Assembly (NCBI GenBank): GCA_902773675.1
Contig: CACYFN010000006.1
Span: 1 to 60,550, forward strand
Length of the DNA stretch: 60,550 nt
Direction: 5' to 3'
Origin: an uncultured Erysipelotrichaceae bacterium
Lineage (GTDB): Bacteria > Bacillota_I > Bacilli_A > RF39 > UBA660
This document shows positions 37,794-47,721 of the stretch, in pieces. The position numbers and the translations under genes were made by a program. The notes below the pieces were generated by a model. It was not told the DNA's origin and ran no database searches. It worked only from the letters and a program-made list of their open reading frames with translations. Position 1 is the stretch's first letter, and the number at the start of each line of letters is the position of its first letter.

Positions 37794-38421
37794 AGCAACC
37801 AATTTCATACATCATAATATATTCATATCTATCCCTATCAATACGATAATTATTAAAAGATCCATCATAAAATTTACATAAATTTTGATCTAACACACAA
37901 GTTAAAGCCTTATTATTACTATTATCTAATTTATTAATCATTTTAGAAATTTTATCATATGGAAAATCAGGATATTCATTTAACATATAAATTGTAAAAT
38001 CATTAAAATTATCCTTACTCCAATCATAAATAATACTACTAGAAGCAATAATAAAATCATATAAACAAACACCACTTTTAAATTTATCCTCAGAATTTAT
38101 CATAGGCAAATTATTATCACTATAATATTTTAGAATAAATTCATTAATACAATCAAAATGAACTTTATCAGAAATACTTTTATTATATAATTGTAGTTCA
38201 AAAGTATCTCTTAGAATTACTTTATCAATATTAACGTAAGGAATAGATAACCATTTATTATATAATCTATAAGTAGGAAAATATATATCATCCATATAAT
38301 TAGCAAATTTAATAAGCAATTCTAAATCATAATCATATATTAAACTTTCTCTAATAAAAACTTTAAAATCATAAGCAATCTGATAATAAGTATTCTCTTC
38401 TATTTTTTCCAAAAAAATCAC
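37765..38421 (-). CDS. hypothetical protein
   Basis: 218-aa ORF, convergent with uvdE and overlapping it by 29 nt. Confidence 0.45.
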   Translation of the reverse strand: MIFLEKIEENTYYQIAYDFKVFIRESLIYDYDLELLIKFANYMDDIYFPTYRLYNKWLSIPYVNIDKVILRDTFELQLYNKSISDKVHFDCINEFILKYYSDNNLPMINSEDKFKSGVCLYDFIIASSSIIYDWSKDNFNDFTIYMLNEYPDFPYDKISKMINKLDNSNNKALTCVLDQNLCKFYDGSFNNYRIDRDRYEYIMMYEIGCFKSKMKFHQ

Positions 38422-38455
38422 CAGAAGATATTATACACTAAAAAAAGAAAAAATA

Positions 38456-39532
38456 CTATAATATTTTTTCTTTAACACTACTAAACAAAAATGTTCTAGT
38501 CATTGCTACAAATTCTCTAAACATAATACTAGTTTGTTTACTTACTTTATTAGAATCACTTAATATTTTTATTAAAGCAGTAGGACGCTCCATAAAGTCA
38601 AGTAAAGTATTAACCTTATTTTTTCTAAATACATCAAACATTTCTTTAACAAATTGTTTTTTTTCTTTATTATTATACTTATTTATCCAATTAGATATTT
38701 TTATCGATAACTCTATAGAAGATGTTCTTAAAGTATCATTTATTAAATCGTTTTCATCAACTTGCCAGTTCAAAGCAAAATGAGAAAGTATTCCCACATA
38801 ATTAGTTTTAATAACTCTATTATCGTTAGAAAAAAGCATCATACCTATCATTGAATTATTTGGAATAATATGAAAATATTTTTTTTTAACCCTTCTATAT
38901 CTATAAGAACTTAAATATTTCATAAGTAAACCTGGCCCATCATAAGAATATATTTCTTTTATCTTATTTCTTACTAAAAAATTAGCATACATCCCACTGA
39001 CTAAGGCTAAATTACCACCCTTAGAATGTCCGCCTAAAATAATATTACATTTTTTAAAAGTAAAATACTTATTTAAATATTTAATCGCGCTTTTTTGCGA
39101 TTTAACTGGAAATTTATAACTCATCATAAAGTCTTCTTCCCAACCAATCATAGCTTCATCAGTGCCCTCAAAAGAAACATATACTAAATCTTTATTAATT
39201 TCAATAGTTAAAGCAGAAAACTGTTCATAATCATCAACTATCCTCACATAATTATATAAAAGTAAATCTTTATATCTTTTTTTATGTCTCATTAATTTTA
39301 ATAACTTAATACCACCATTAATAGCCATAATATTTCTTTCTTCATCATATTTATTATGAATAAATTCAGTAACTGCATCTTCAAGCCTTTTCTTATTCTT
39401 ATCACTATTACTTAAAATATTCCTATAATTAACATAAGAAATATTTGCAAGTATTAACTTATCTACACCATTAAACTCTTTTTCATCAAAACTTAAATCT
39501 CCATATTTATCAATATATTCAACTAACTTCAT
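38456..39532 (-). CDS. alpha/beta hydrolase, DUF2974/Mbeg1-like (lipase class 3-like)
   Basis: VSFEGTDEAMIGWEEDF and the nucleophile elbow GGHSKGGNLA. Confidence 0.55.
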   Translation of the reverse strand: MKLVEYIDKYGDLSFDEKEFNGVDKLILANISYVNYRNILSNSDKNKKRLEDAVTEFIHNKYDEERNIMAINGGIKLLKLMRHKKRYKDLLLYNYVRIVDDYEQFSALTIEINKDLVYVSFEGTDEAMIGWEEDFMMSYKFPVKSQKSAIKYLNKYFTFKKCNIILGGHSKGGNLALVSGMYANFLVRNKIKEIYSYDGPGLLMKYLSSYRYRRVKKKYFHIIPNNSMIGMMLFSNDNRVIKTNYVGILSHFALNWQVDENDLINDTLRTSSIELSIKISNWINKYNNKEKKQFVKEMFDVFRKNKVNTLLDFMERPTALIKILSDSNKVSKQTSIMFREFVAMTRTFLFSSVKEKIL

Positions 39533-39540
39533 ACAACCAC

Positions 39541-40227
39541 CTATATATATTTATTAATTAAAACAATATAATTATCTTTCTTAGTTTTATTAATAATACC
39601 CATATATTTATACTTACCATATTTTCTAATACTCAAAATGTCCCCTATTTTTAAATTATAACTACTTTTAGGAATATCATAATTAACTAAAATACATTTA
39701 TCTTTAATTAATTTAGAAACACTATCCCTATTACTATGAATTATATTAGATACAATAGTATCAATTCTTTCACTAGATACAATATATTCTAACTCTTCAT
39801 ATTTTCTTTCATAATTATTTAAATAATTAATATCAATATTAACTAATTCTACCTTACTATTATTAATCATCGTTAAATTATTAACCAAATAATTACTAAT
39901 AATATCTAATACATATATATAATATTTATCATCTATAATAAGTATATCACCATACATACTAGGATCAATTCCTAAACTAAATAAAGTACCCATTATATCT
40001 TGATGTTTAAGTTTGTATTTGCACTTAATTTCATATAAAAGTATATTAGGTTTAATACCATTATAAAATATTACTTTCTCACTATCTTTATAAGGGATAT
40101 ATATATTATATTTAAATTTACCTAATTTATTTTTAACTAACTTTTGTAGTTTACTATCTAAAAAATAAGTATACTTACCATTAATAATTTTTTCTATGTT
40201 CTTATCTACAATATATATATCATTCAT
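39541..40227 (-). CDS. S4-domain RNA-binding protein, YlmH-like
   Basis: C-terminal S4 domain (RIDTIVSNIIHSNRDSVSKLIKDKCILVNYDIPKSSYNLKIGDILSIRKYGKY). Length and N-terminal region resemble YlmH. Confidence 0.5.
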   Translation of the reverse strand: MNDIYIVDKNIEKIINGKYTYFLDSKLQKLVKNKLGKFKYNIYIPYKDSEKVIFYNGIKPNILLYEIKCKYKLKHQDIMGTLFSLGIDPSMYGDILIIDDKYYIYVLDIISNYLVNNLTMINNSKVELVNIDINYLNNYERKYEELEYIVSSERIDTIVSNIIHSNRDSVSKLIKDKCILVNYDIPKSSYNLKIGDILSIRKYGKYKYMGIINKTKKDNYIVLINKYI

Positions 40228-40299
40228 TATATTTACCCACCTAATAGTATTGTAACATATTTTTAAAAAAATACAAAATTAAAAAGTAGATAACTACTT

Positions 40300-40683
40300 T
40301 TAATTAAATGCAAGTTCAACTTCTAATTCTTGATCCATATAAGCAATATATAAAAATATTAATCCACTTATAAAAATAAGTAAAGAAGATATAAAAGATA
40401 AAAATACTAAATTTTGTTTTTTACTTGAATCTTTATTTGAAATATTTTTAAAATCTTTATAAGAATCTCTTAAAAAATAAAAATAGACAACTAATAAAAT
40501 AGAAAAGATAAATATCATAACTTTCCTATATTTATCTTTACTACCACTATCATTATATATAAAATATTTCTTCTCTAAACTATTCGCATACCAACTAAGA
40601 ATAATAATACCAATATAAATAACCCATATAAAATTTTCAATTTTTAATTGTTTTAACTTACTATTTAATTCTTCATAATTCAT
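40300..40683 (-). CDS. hypothetical membrane protein (3 TM helices)
   Basis: 127-aa ORF. Its ATG overlaps the tnpB stop (ATGA). Confidence 0.45.
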   Translation of the reverse strand: MNYEELNSKLKQLKIENFIWVIYIGIIILSWYANSLEKKYFIYNDSGSKDKYRKVMIFIFSILLVVYFYFLRDSYKDFKNISNKDSSKKQNLVFLSFISSLLIFISGLIFLYIAYMDQELEVELAFN

Positions 40684-41845
40684 ATTAAATTATATGCAGA
40701 TACTTCATTCATATATAACTTTAACCCCTCAAACATAATATTTACTGATGCATTTATATCTCTATCTAATTCATAATTACAATTAGGACATGTATATTCT
40801 CTTATATTTAAATTTTTTAATAATGGATTTTTATATCCACAATGACTACATATTTGACTACTTGGATAAAAGGTATTTATTTTATATAATTTCTTACCTT
40901 TCCATTTTATCTTATATTCTAATTGTCTTATTATTTCCGAGAATGATGCATCGGTTAATGCTTTAGCTAAATGATGATTTCGTACCATATTTTTAACTTT
41001 TAATGTTTCACAAACTATAATATCATTATTATCAGTTATATCTTTTGTTATATGATGAATTAAATATTTCCTTGCATTTTTTATCTTTTTATATATTCTT
41101 GCTATTTCTCTTTTTAATTTATAATAATTATGACTACCTCGTTCTTTTTTAGCTAGTCTTTTTTGTTTTTGCTTTATTCTTTTTTCATATTTTTCTATTA
41201 CTTTTTCATTTTTATATTTTTTAAAGTTTGATGTAATCACTAAATCTTTAATACCTAAGTCTAAACCTATTATAGTAGTTGGCATAAATTTATAATTAAT
41301 TATATCTTCTTCTATTAGAACTGATACATAATAAGTATCATCTAGCTCTCTTGATACTGTTGTATTTATAATTCTTCCATTTATTTTATTTATTTTTCTA
41401 TAACCTCTAATTTTCATATTTTTTATTTTAAGTAAAGTAATTGTTTTACCTATTAAATCTAATTTTATATTATAATATGTTCTACCTTTATATTCAATAG
41501 TTATCATATTAGTTCTAAAGGAATTTTTATTAAATTTACTTTTAAATTTGGGATAACCTACTTTTTCTTTAAAAAACTTATTGTAAGCATTATCTAAATC
41601 AAATAATGAACATCTTAAACTCATGCCATCTACTTCTTTTAAAAACGGATAATCATTATAAATATTCTTTAAATCTTTGATACAGTCATAACTACTTATA
41701 CTTTTTTATTAGTTTTATATTCTTTTATTTTTTTATCTAAATAATAATTATATACAAGTCTAGTACAACCAAATGTTTTATTAATTAATTCTTTTTGATT
41801 TTGATTAGGATATAATCTAAATTTATATGCTTTGTTTATTAACAT
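40680..41845 (-). pseudogene. tnpB: IS200/IS605-family TnpB (OrfB) RNA-guided nuclease gene, frameshifted in an A6 run; no tnpA
   Basis: N-terminal 49 codons from the ATG at 41845 (MLINKAYKFRLYPNQNQKELINKTFGCTRLVYNYY..) stop at 41696-41698. The rest (track ORF 40680..41624) contains the RuvC and zinc-finger motifs (GLDLGIKD, CSHCGYKN..CPNCNYELDRDINASVNI). The frames would join if the A6 run (plus-strand T6 at 41702-41707) were A7. Confidence 0.8.
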
Positions 41846-41938
41846 ATTTTCACAAACCTTTAATTGATTGATATTGTATCATACGAATATATGCATGTCA
41901 ATGTGTTTTTTTTATAACGAACATAATTCCTAATAGAT

Positions 41939-41972
41939 AAAAAAACTGATAAATTCAATATATTTATCAGTT
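41939..41972 (-). terminator. rho-independent terminator of the 42014..43633 gene
   Basis: ctgataaat / atttatcag 9-bp stem (11 bp with flanking A:T pairs), 7-nt loop, T7 on the minus strand. Confidence 0.6.
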
Positions 41973-42013
41973 CCTTATTATCAATTATAATATATCTATC
42001 AATTATATTGTTT

Positions 42014-43633
42014 TTACATTTCTTCTAACACATACGGATTGCCACTACTACCATCTCCATCAATGATTTTAACGGATGATGATAGGTAGACTACAGGACG
42101 CACGCCAAGTTTCTCATCCACATAGTTACTGTTACCAAATGAACCACTAACATCATAAGTTGTTCCATAATCACTTAGATTTCCAAATATATAAGACTCC
42201 ATACACGCATTTGTACAATAACCAGGCGATAGAAGCCAAGTATTATAAATTTCTGAACCGCCTTGCAAAATATTACTATTATATACCCATCCTGTTGAAG
42301 GAACTCCACTCTTACAATGATATGGATCATTATAGCAATTATTATCAACTCCATTAGCATACACCATATATACATCGCTTGGATACATCAGCGCTACTTT
42401 TCCTGTCCAATCTGTTGTTCTACTATTAATTAATGTACCTCTTTCATCACCATAGATTTTTTCTGTATTTCCATATCCAGAATTTTCGGGATCGATGCTA
42501 CTTACTAATCCTAAATAAAATTTAGAATCATCTATCATACTACGTGCTGATTCTTTTAACCCATATGTCTCTGCAGCACCCGTACGATTATAATAATCTC
42601 CATTCAAAAAAACTTTTAAACTTTCATTTGCCCAGTCATTTCTAAGATTTGAATCAAATTCCATTCCAGTTGGAAATAAACTACCACGGACTATTTTGAC
42701 TTTTTGTTCATAATTTTGTTTTCCATCATCTACATTAAAAACTCCCAATATTCTCCATATTTCACAATTAGTTCCATCGCTATCACAATTGAAATATACA
42801 TAGTTATATGGATCATTACCTATATAACGATAATCTATTAAAGCATCGGTTCGAACAGTAGCTTCATGATTAAAAGTATACATTTCACCTTTATTACCAT
42901 CTGTATAATTTGTTATACTAGTACCATTTCTTTTTGACATTATATGATTTAATAATGTTACTGGTTTACTTGTATTTACAATTGTTACAGTATTATTTAA
43001 ATTCCATGCACTATTATATTGATTATACTGTATAGTTTCTATACCCAATGTTAGAGTATAAGTAGCATTGTCATAATCATCACCACTTGATGAACATGTT
43101 ACTGTTTTTACTCCATTACTTTCTGATTCTGTACAAGTATCATCTAATTTTGTTTTTGGATTAAATGTTACTGATTCTAAAAATGATGTAGTACTTTCTC
43201 CTGGAGCTAGTTTGTAATTATAATAGTAATAATCTCCTACTTTAGTCCAATCACTAGCATTAGCTAAATTTAGAACTGCTACTCTTTCATCATTAGCTAA
43301 CTCCTCACTTGTTGTGTGATTTGATTTTGTACCATCTGAATGTATCCATCCATTTAATGTACCATCATTATGTGTAGTCCAAGTTTCAGTTACATGGATT
43401 CTTACTGCTTGATCTACTTCCCCTGTATTGGTTGCAACTACAGTTTTATTAGTTGTATCTCCTGGCGACCAATTATCAGGTGATACAAATTCTTCGATAT
43501 ATTCGGTACCATATTCTTTAGTTGTAAATGTATTTTCTACATCTGTAGAATTACTAAAGTAAGCAAATGTTAAACCTACTATACCTATTATAGCTACTAA
43601 TAATAAAGCAATAACTGACTTTTTATTATTCAT
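42014..43633 (-). CDS. secreted/surface protein with a SipW-dependent (TasA/camelysin-type) signal peptide
   Basis: MNNKKSVIALLLVAIIGIVGLTFAYFSNSTDVENTFTT matches the AYFSD..NTF SipW-type signal. The C-terminus ..LGVRPVVYLSS.. is typical of Firmicute surface-protein domains. GGAGGA SD. Confidence 0.6.
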   Translation of the reverse strand: MNNKKSVIALLLVAIIGIVGLTFAYFSNSTDVENTFTTKEYGTEYIEEFVSPDNWSPGDTTNKTVVATNTGEVDQAVRIHVTETWTTHNDGTLNGWIHSDGTKSNHTTSEELANDERVAVLNLANASDWTKVGDYYYYNYKLAPGESTTSFLESVTFNPKTKLDDTCTESESNGVKTVTCSSSGDDYDNATYTLTLGIETIQYNQYNSAWNLNNTVTIVNTSKPVTLLNHIMSKRNGTSITNYTDGNKGEMYTFNHEATVRTDALIDYRYIGNDPYNYVYFNCDSDGTNCEIWRILGVFNVDDGKQNYEQKVKIVRGSLFPTGMEFDSNLRNDWANESLKVFLNGDYYNRTGAAETYGLKESARSMIDDSKFYLGLVSSIDPENSGYGNTEKIYGDERGTLINSRTTDWTGKVALMYPSDVYMVYANGVDNNCYNDPYHCKSGVPSTGWVYNSNILQGGSEIYNTWLLSPGYCTNACMESYIFGNLSDYGTTYDVSGSFGNSNYVDEKLGVRPVVYLSSSVKIIDGDGSSGNPYVLEEM

Positions 43634-43777
43634 TTTCTTTTCCTCCTTCTATTTCAAATAATAAAAACATTTGATAAATTATTATTTTTCTATCTAAAAA
43701 AATTATATAAAAAAATTGATATTTTGTAAATACCAATTTTAATATTTTTATTATTTTTACAATTACTTTATATAATA

Positions 43778-44872
43778 TCACAATTCTTTATTTTTTATAT
43801 CTATAACTACATATTCAGCTATTGCACCCATTTTAAATTTAATAGTCCAATCACCTATACCAGAACTTACTATAAAATTAGTTTTATCAATTGTTTTTAA
43901 TCCATAATAACTATCATTTATACCCATAAATACACTAATTGGTCCTAATGGCCATAATTGTCCTCCATGAGTGTGTCCAGAAAGCACTAAATCAAAATTA
44001 GCATTTACTAAATTCCCATAATCATTAGGTTTATGATCAAGACCTATAATATATTTACTATTATCTAATTTATTAGTTAGTTCTTCAGCTGATAATCTAT
44101 CTTTTTCTTGTGAATCTTGTCTACCAACTAAATAGATATTATCAGTTATTAATTTAGATTCATCTTCTAAAATAGTTACATTATTTTTCTTTAATTCTTT
44201 TCTTAATCTTTTATTAGTAAAATTTCTATAATTAAAATATGCTTTATCATGATTACCATATATAAAATATACACCATATTTAGTATCTAATAATCCTAAT
44301 CCTTCACAACTTTTAATCAAGTCTTTTAATTTAGTATCATCATCTACAAAGTCACCAGTTATTACTACTATATCAGGTTTTAATTTATTAATATCTTCCA
44401 TATATTTATAAAACTTATTGCCATTCATAGTAGATCCTATATGACTATCAGATACTTGTACTATTCTAAATTTATCTACTCCAATATCTTTATTAACTTC
44501 TATAATATATTTAGTTTCTACTACATGATGAGCTAAAAAATAACCATATATTAAATATATACATGTACTTATTATAGCTAGTATAAAACTAATACTATTA
44601 TTTATATCTTTTTTTCTAATAATATTTATTATACCTATAATAAAATCAAAAATAAGTAAAAACAAAAATAATGATACAAATACAAGTAATGTATTAATTA
44701 TATTAAATACTACAAAAAATATAGTAATAATAGTAACAACTAATAATATTAATCTAGATATTTTTTTATTTTTTATAAACTTAATAATAATACTTTTATG
44801 AAATCTATAAACTAAATAACCAAATAATATAGTTAAAAATAATAAAAATGATGAAGTTAATATATAATACAC
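43778..44872 (-). CDS. membrane-anchored metallophosphoesterase (YkuE-like)
   Basis: N-terminal TM helices, then VQVSDSHIG, TGDFVDD, GNHD and GHTHGGQ motifs. Confidence 0.8.
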   Translation of the reverse strand: MYYILTSSFLLFLTILFGYLVYRFHKSIIIKFIKNKKISRLILLVVTIITIFFVVFNIINTLLVFVSLFLFLLIFDFIIGIINIIRKKDINNSISFILAIISTCIYLIYGYFLAHHVVETKYIIEVNKDIGVDKFRIVQVSDSHIGSTMNGNKFYKYMEDINKLKPDIVVITGDFVDDDTKLKDLIKSCEGLGLLDTKYGVYFIYGNHDKAYFNYRNFTNKRLRKELKKNNVTILEDESKLITDNIYLVGRQDSQEKDRLSAEELTNKLDNSKYIIGLDHKPNDYGNLVNANFDLVLSGHTHGGQLWPLGPISVFMGINDSYYGLKTIDKTNFIVSSGIGDWTIKFKMGAIAEYVVIDIKNKEL

Positions 44873-44876
44873 ATAT

Positions 44877-45689
44877 TCACCTCCCTAATCTTTTGCATAA
44901 TACTCGAGAATTATTGTCTATTATATTTTTATATAGATTTTGAATATAAGGATTAGCACATTCACTATCACTAATAGTATGTCCACTAGGTAAAATCATA
45001 TTCTTTTTATCAAGTTCAAAATAACTATTATCATATTCTTGATTCAATGATTCAGCAATACTTAACATAGCACAATCAGTAACACTATGTAAGCAAAAAT
45101 TTTTAATATCATAATTTTCAGTATTCATATACATTTCATAGAATTTATAAAAATTAACTGGTTCTAAAATATTAATATCAATATCATTATAATCAAAATG
45201 ATAACTATCAATATTTTCAATTTTATTATTATACTTAATAGAAATAGGAACTAAATTAATATTAGAATTATATTTAAAAGCATTAAATAACATTCTAACA
45301 GCACCAGTTCTACCTCTATATATTTTATCTTTATCAGCAATATAAACTCCTTCAGGAAAAATATTAATACTAATACCATTACTTAAAATATTAGAAGCAT
45401 TTAAAACACATAATTCTTTATAAAAACGTATTCCATGTGCTTCAATAGGAATAGGATTTAAAAGTTCATTTATAACTTCTTGTCTACTAGTATCATTTTT
45501 ATACATTACTCTAGCACTAATAGCACTTACAATCTCACTATCTAATATCATAGGAATATAAAATATATCCATAAGACATGTATGATTACTAATAATTAAA
45601 TTAGTAGAATTAGATGGATAATTTTTTATTCCATGTACTTTTATATTAGCGCTTCTACTTAGAGCTTTTAGTTTATCTAATTTATTCAT
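44877..45689 (-). CDS. lysophospholipid (1-acyl-glycerol-3-phosphate) acyltransferase family protein
   Basis: NHTCLMD (H-x4-D) and FPEG motifs. The ATG at 45689 (MNKLDKLK) has a GGAGGA SD 8 nt upstream; the track start is 45734. Confidence 0.7.
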   Translation of the reverse strand: MNKLDKLKALSRSANIKVHGIKNYPSNSTNLIISNHTCLMDIFYIPMILDSEIVSAISARVMYKNDTSRQEVINELLNPIPIEAHGIRFYKELCVLNASNILSNGISINIFPEGVYIADKDKIYRGRTGAVRMLFNAFKYNSNINLVPISIKYNNKIENIDSYHFDYNDIDINILEPVNFYKFYEMYMNTENYDIKNFCLHSVTDCAMLSIAESLNQEYDNSYFELDKKNMILPSGHTISDSECANPYIQNLYKNIIDNNSRVLCKRLGR

Positions 45690-46290
45690 TAATATAATCC
45701 TCCACAATTGAAGCAAGCATTTTATGACCTTCAATATTTAAATGAATACCATCTTCAAGTAGAGGTAAATCATCTAGTATAATAACATCATCATATTTAA
45801 TATTTTTTAAATTTAATCTATTTTTTTCACTCTCCTCATTAAATATACCATCACTCTTTTTAATATCAAATTTAGGTGGTAATAAATATATAATTCTAGG
45901 AAGTTCTCCATCAAAATATTTATGTATATTATCTGGATCATTAAACTGCTCTATAATAGTATCTTTATACCACAATAAATCATTAATAATATCTTCACTA
46001 CTTCTATTATATTTAACTTGTAAATCATTGGTACCTAAAGCAATAATAATAATATCAACAGGAGAAATTGTTCTAAAAGTACTAATAAAAGTACTCATTC
46101 CATTTTTAAAATTTTTATCTATTTCACAATTACCAGCTACCCTACCAGGTAATCCTTCTCCTATTACTTTATATTCATTTCCTAATTTTTTTTGTAAAAT
46201 ATTCGGCCATTGTAATTCATCATCTAATCTAATACCAGTAATAAAGTTATCACCCCAAGTATTAGAATCACCGTAAATAAGTATTTTCAT
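45682..46290 (-). CDS. SGNH/GDSL hydrolase
   Basis: ILIYGDSNTWG (block I), GTND (block III), DGIHLN (block V). The ATG at 46290 is 8 nt after AGGAGG. Confidence 0.75.
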   Translation of the reverse strand: MKILIYGDSNTWGDNFITGIRLDDELQWPNILQKKLGNEYKVIGEGLPGRVAGNCEIDKNFKNGMSTFISTFRTISPVDIIIIALGTNDLQVKYNRSSEDIINDLLWYKDTIIEQFNDPDNIHKYFDGELPRIIYLLPPKFDIKKSDGIFNEESEKNRLNLKNIKYDDVIILDDLPLLEDGIHLNIEGHKMLASIVEDYINE

Positions 46291-46339
46291 AAGCATAACC
46301 TCCTAATAGATTATAACATATTTATATATAAACTTTAAA

Positions 46340-46370
46340 CAAAAAATGAATAAATATTACATTTATTCAT
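46340..46370 (-). terminator. rho-independent terminator downstream of the Rpn-like gene
   Basis: atgaataaat / atttattcat 10-bp stem, 5-nt loop, T run on the minus strand. Confidence 0.6.
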
Positions 46371-46380
46371 AATTATTATT

Positions 46381-47226
46381 TTATAAACTAGCAATAGTAT
46401 TAATATCTAATCCTGTTACTTTGCTGATAATTGAATTTGCAATATTTTCTTTTTTCATCATTCTGGCATTAGATATTTTTTCCTGTTCTATTCCTTGTTC
46501 TATTCCTCGTTCATATCCTAAAGATTCGCCTTCTTTAAACATAGTATTCATCATACGTCTGTTATCCTCTTCTTCAGTCATTACCTGATAAAATTTAGGA
46601 CTTTGATTTAGTGTTATTACATCTTTTTTTATTTCTTTAATCATTTCATCTTCTACCTCCAATTTTTTTAGTTTTTCTTTATCCATACCAATTATTAATA
46701 AATATTTATACTTATTAAAATAATCAATATCTTGATTTAACTTATTATACCATTTGTCTAATAACTTGTCAATATTTATATTTATTATATAAAATATATT
46801 TAAATATTCTTCATATGATATATTATCATTTATTGAATATTTATTTATTGTTTCTAATGTATCTGTATTTGATACATTTAAATTTATTTGAATAATTGGT
46901 TTATCAATACTTACGTAATCTTCTTTTATATGAACTAATTGGTTTAGATATGATGTTTGATAATAGAAATTTCTTATTTTTTTATTATCATTAAATGTAT
47001 CATTTAATTCAATATTAATATAAGCATAATTAGTATCTATAATTGAATCTACTGTTTTACTTCTTATATATAATCTATCTTTGTATAATTCACAATTAGA
47101 TATATTATAAATTTCTATATTCATATTTAATATTCCATCTAATAACCATTTAATTCTTTTTGGACTTTTTAGAAAAACATTTTTAAAGACTAAATCATTT
47201 TTTAAGGTATAAAATTTTTTACTCAT
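46381..47226 (-). CDS. Rpn / PDDEXK_2-family recombination-promoting nuclease (putative transposase-like)
   Basis: N-terminal LKNDLVFKNVFLKSPKRIKWLLDGIL and C-terminal GYERGIEQGIEQEKISNARMMKKENI..ISKVTGL pattern of Rpn/YhgA-like proteins (memory). Confidence 0.6.
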   Translation of the reverse strand: MSKKFYTLKNDLVFKNVFLKSPKRIKWLLDGILNMNIEIYNISNCELYKDRLYIRSKTVDSIIDTNYAYINIELNDTFNDNKKIRNFYYQTSYLNQLVHIKEDYVSIDKPIIQINLNVSNTDTLETINKYSINDNISYEEYLNIFYIININIDKLLDKWYNKLNQDIDYFNKYKYLLIIGMDKEKLKKLEVEDEMIKEIKKDVITLNQSPKFYQVMTEEEDNRRMMNTMFKEGESLGYERGIEQGIEQEKISNARMMKKENIANSIISKVTGLDINTIASL

Positions 47227-47266
47227 ATGAAGCCTCCTTTCTAAGACGATAGCTTGTACTACCCTC

Positions 47267-47295
47267 TATATATATTATTCGACAAAACTTTCCAA
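47267..47295 (-). promoter_or_regulatory. candidate sigmaA promoter (TTGGAA - 17 nt - TATATA) of the Rpn-like gene
   Basis: Part of the 49-nt module that is 46/49 identical to the dnaG upstream region (20050-20098). Confidence 0.4.
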
Positions 47296-47342
47296 TTTCC
47301 TTTTTTTTACTCTAAAAAAATGAAATTTCTTGCATTTTTCTA

Positions 47343-47489
47343 CTATTTTATAATATCTTTAATACTATCTAAATCATTAATAACACTATCACTTGCTGCA
47401 TATGCATATTTAAAATCAAATGCATTAATACTATTTAAAACCAAACTTATATCTTCACTAAAAACTATACCTTCTTCTATTTTTTTCAT
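47343..47489 (-). CDS. small acidic hypothetical protein (48 aa; absent from the ORF track)
   Basis: MKKIEEGIVFSEDISLVLNSINAFDFKYAYAASDSVINDLDSIKDIIK*. AAGGAAG SD 6 nt before the ATG. Competes with the plus-strand track ORF 47254..47508. Confidence 0.4.
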   Translation of the reverse strand: MKKIEEGIVFSEDISLVLNSINAFDFKYAYAASDSVINDLDSIKDIIK

Positions 47490-47525
47490 TATAGTCTTCC
47501 TTCTTTAATTAATTTTTTCATAAAC

Positions 47526-47562
47526 AAAAAGTACTATACAATGATGCATGTATAGTACTTTT
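47526..47562. terminator. bidirectional terminator hairpin
   Basis: agtactataca / tgtatagtact 11-bp perfect stem, extended by 3 A:T pairs, 8-nt loop, A run before and T run after. Confidence 0.6.
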
Positions 47563-47721
47563 ATTAATTATAATTTACTAGATACAAGCACCACAAATAT
47601 ACTTGTACCTCAAGCGTTTTTTTAATGCCGATTATACAAGTGTGAAAGATTATGATGATGTTTTCTAGATAAGTAAAACATATAAATTTATCCCTTTCTA
47701 AGTACATATTAACACATTTTT

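Noticed and set aside
47254-47508. 84-aa plus-strand ORF (TTG start) in the Rpn-upstream spacer.
   Set aside because: It starts inside the duplicated promoter module and has no SD. It is hydrophobic low-complexity. It overlaps a minus-strand 48-aa ORF that has a good SD and fits the local gene orientation. It is kept only as an alternative.
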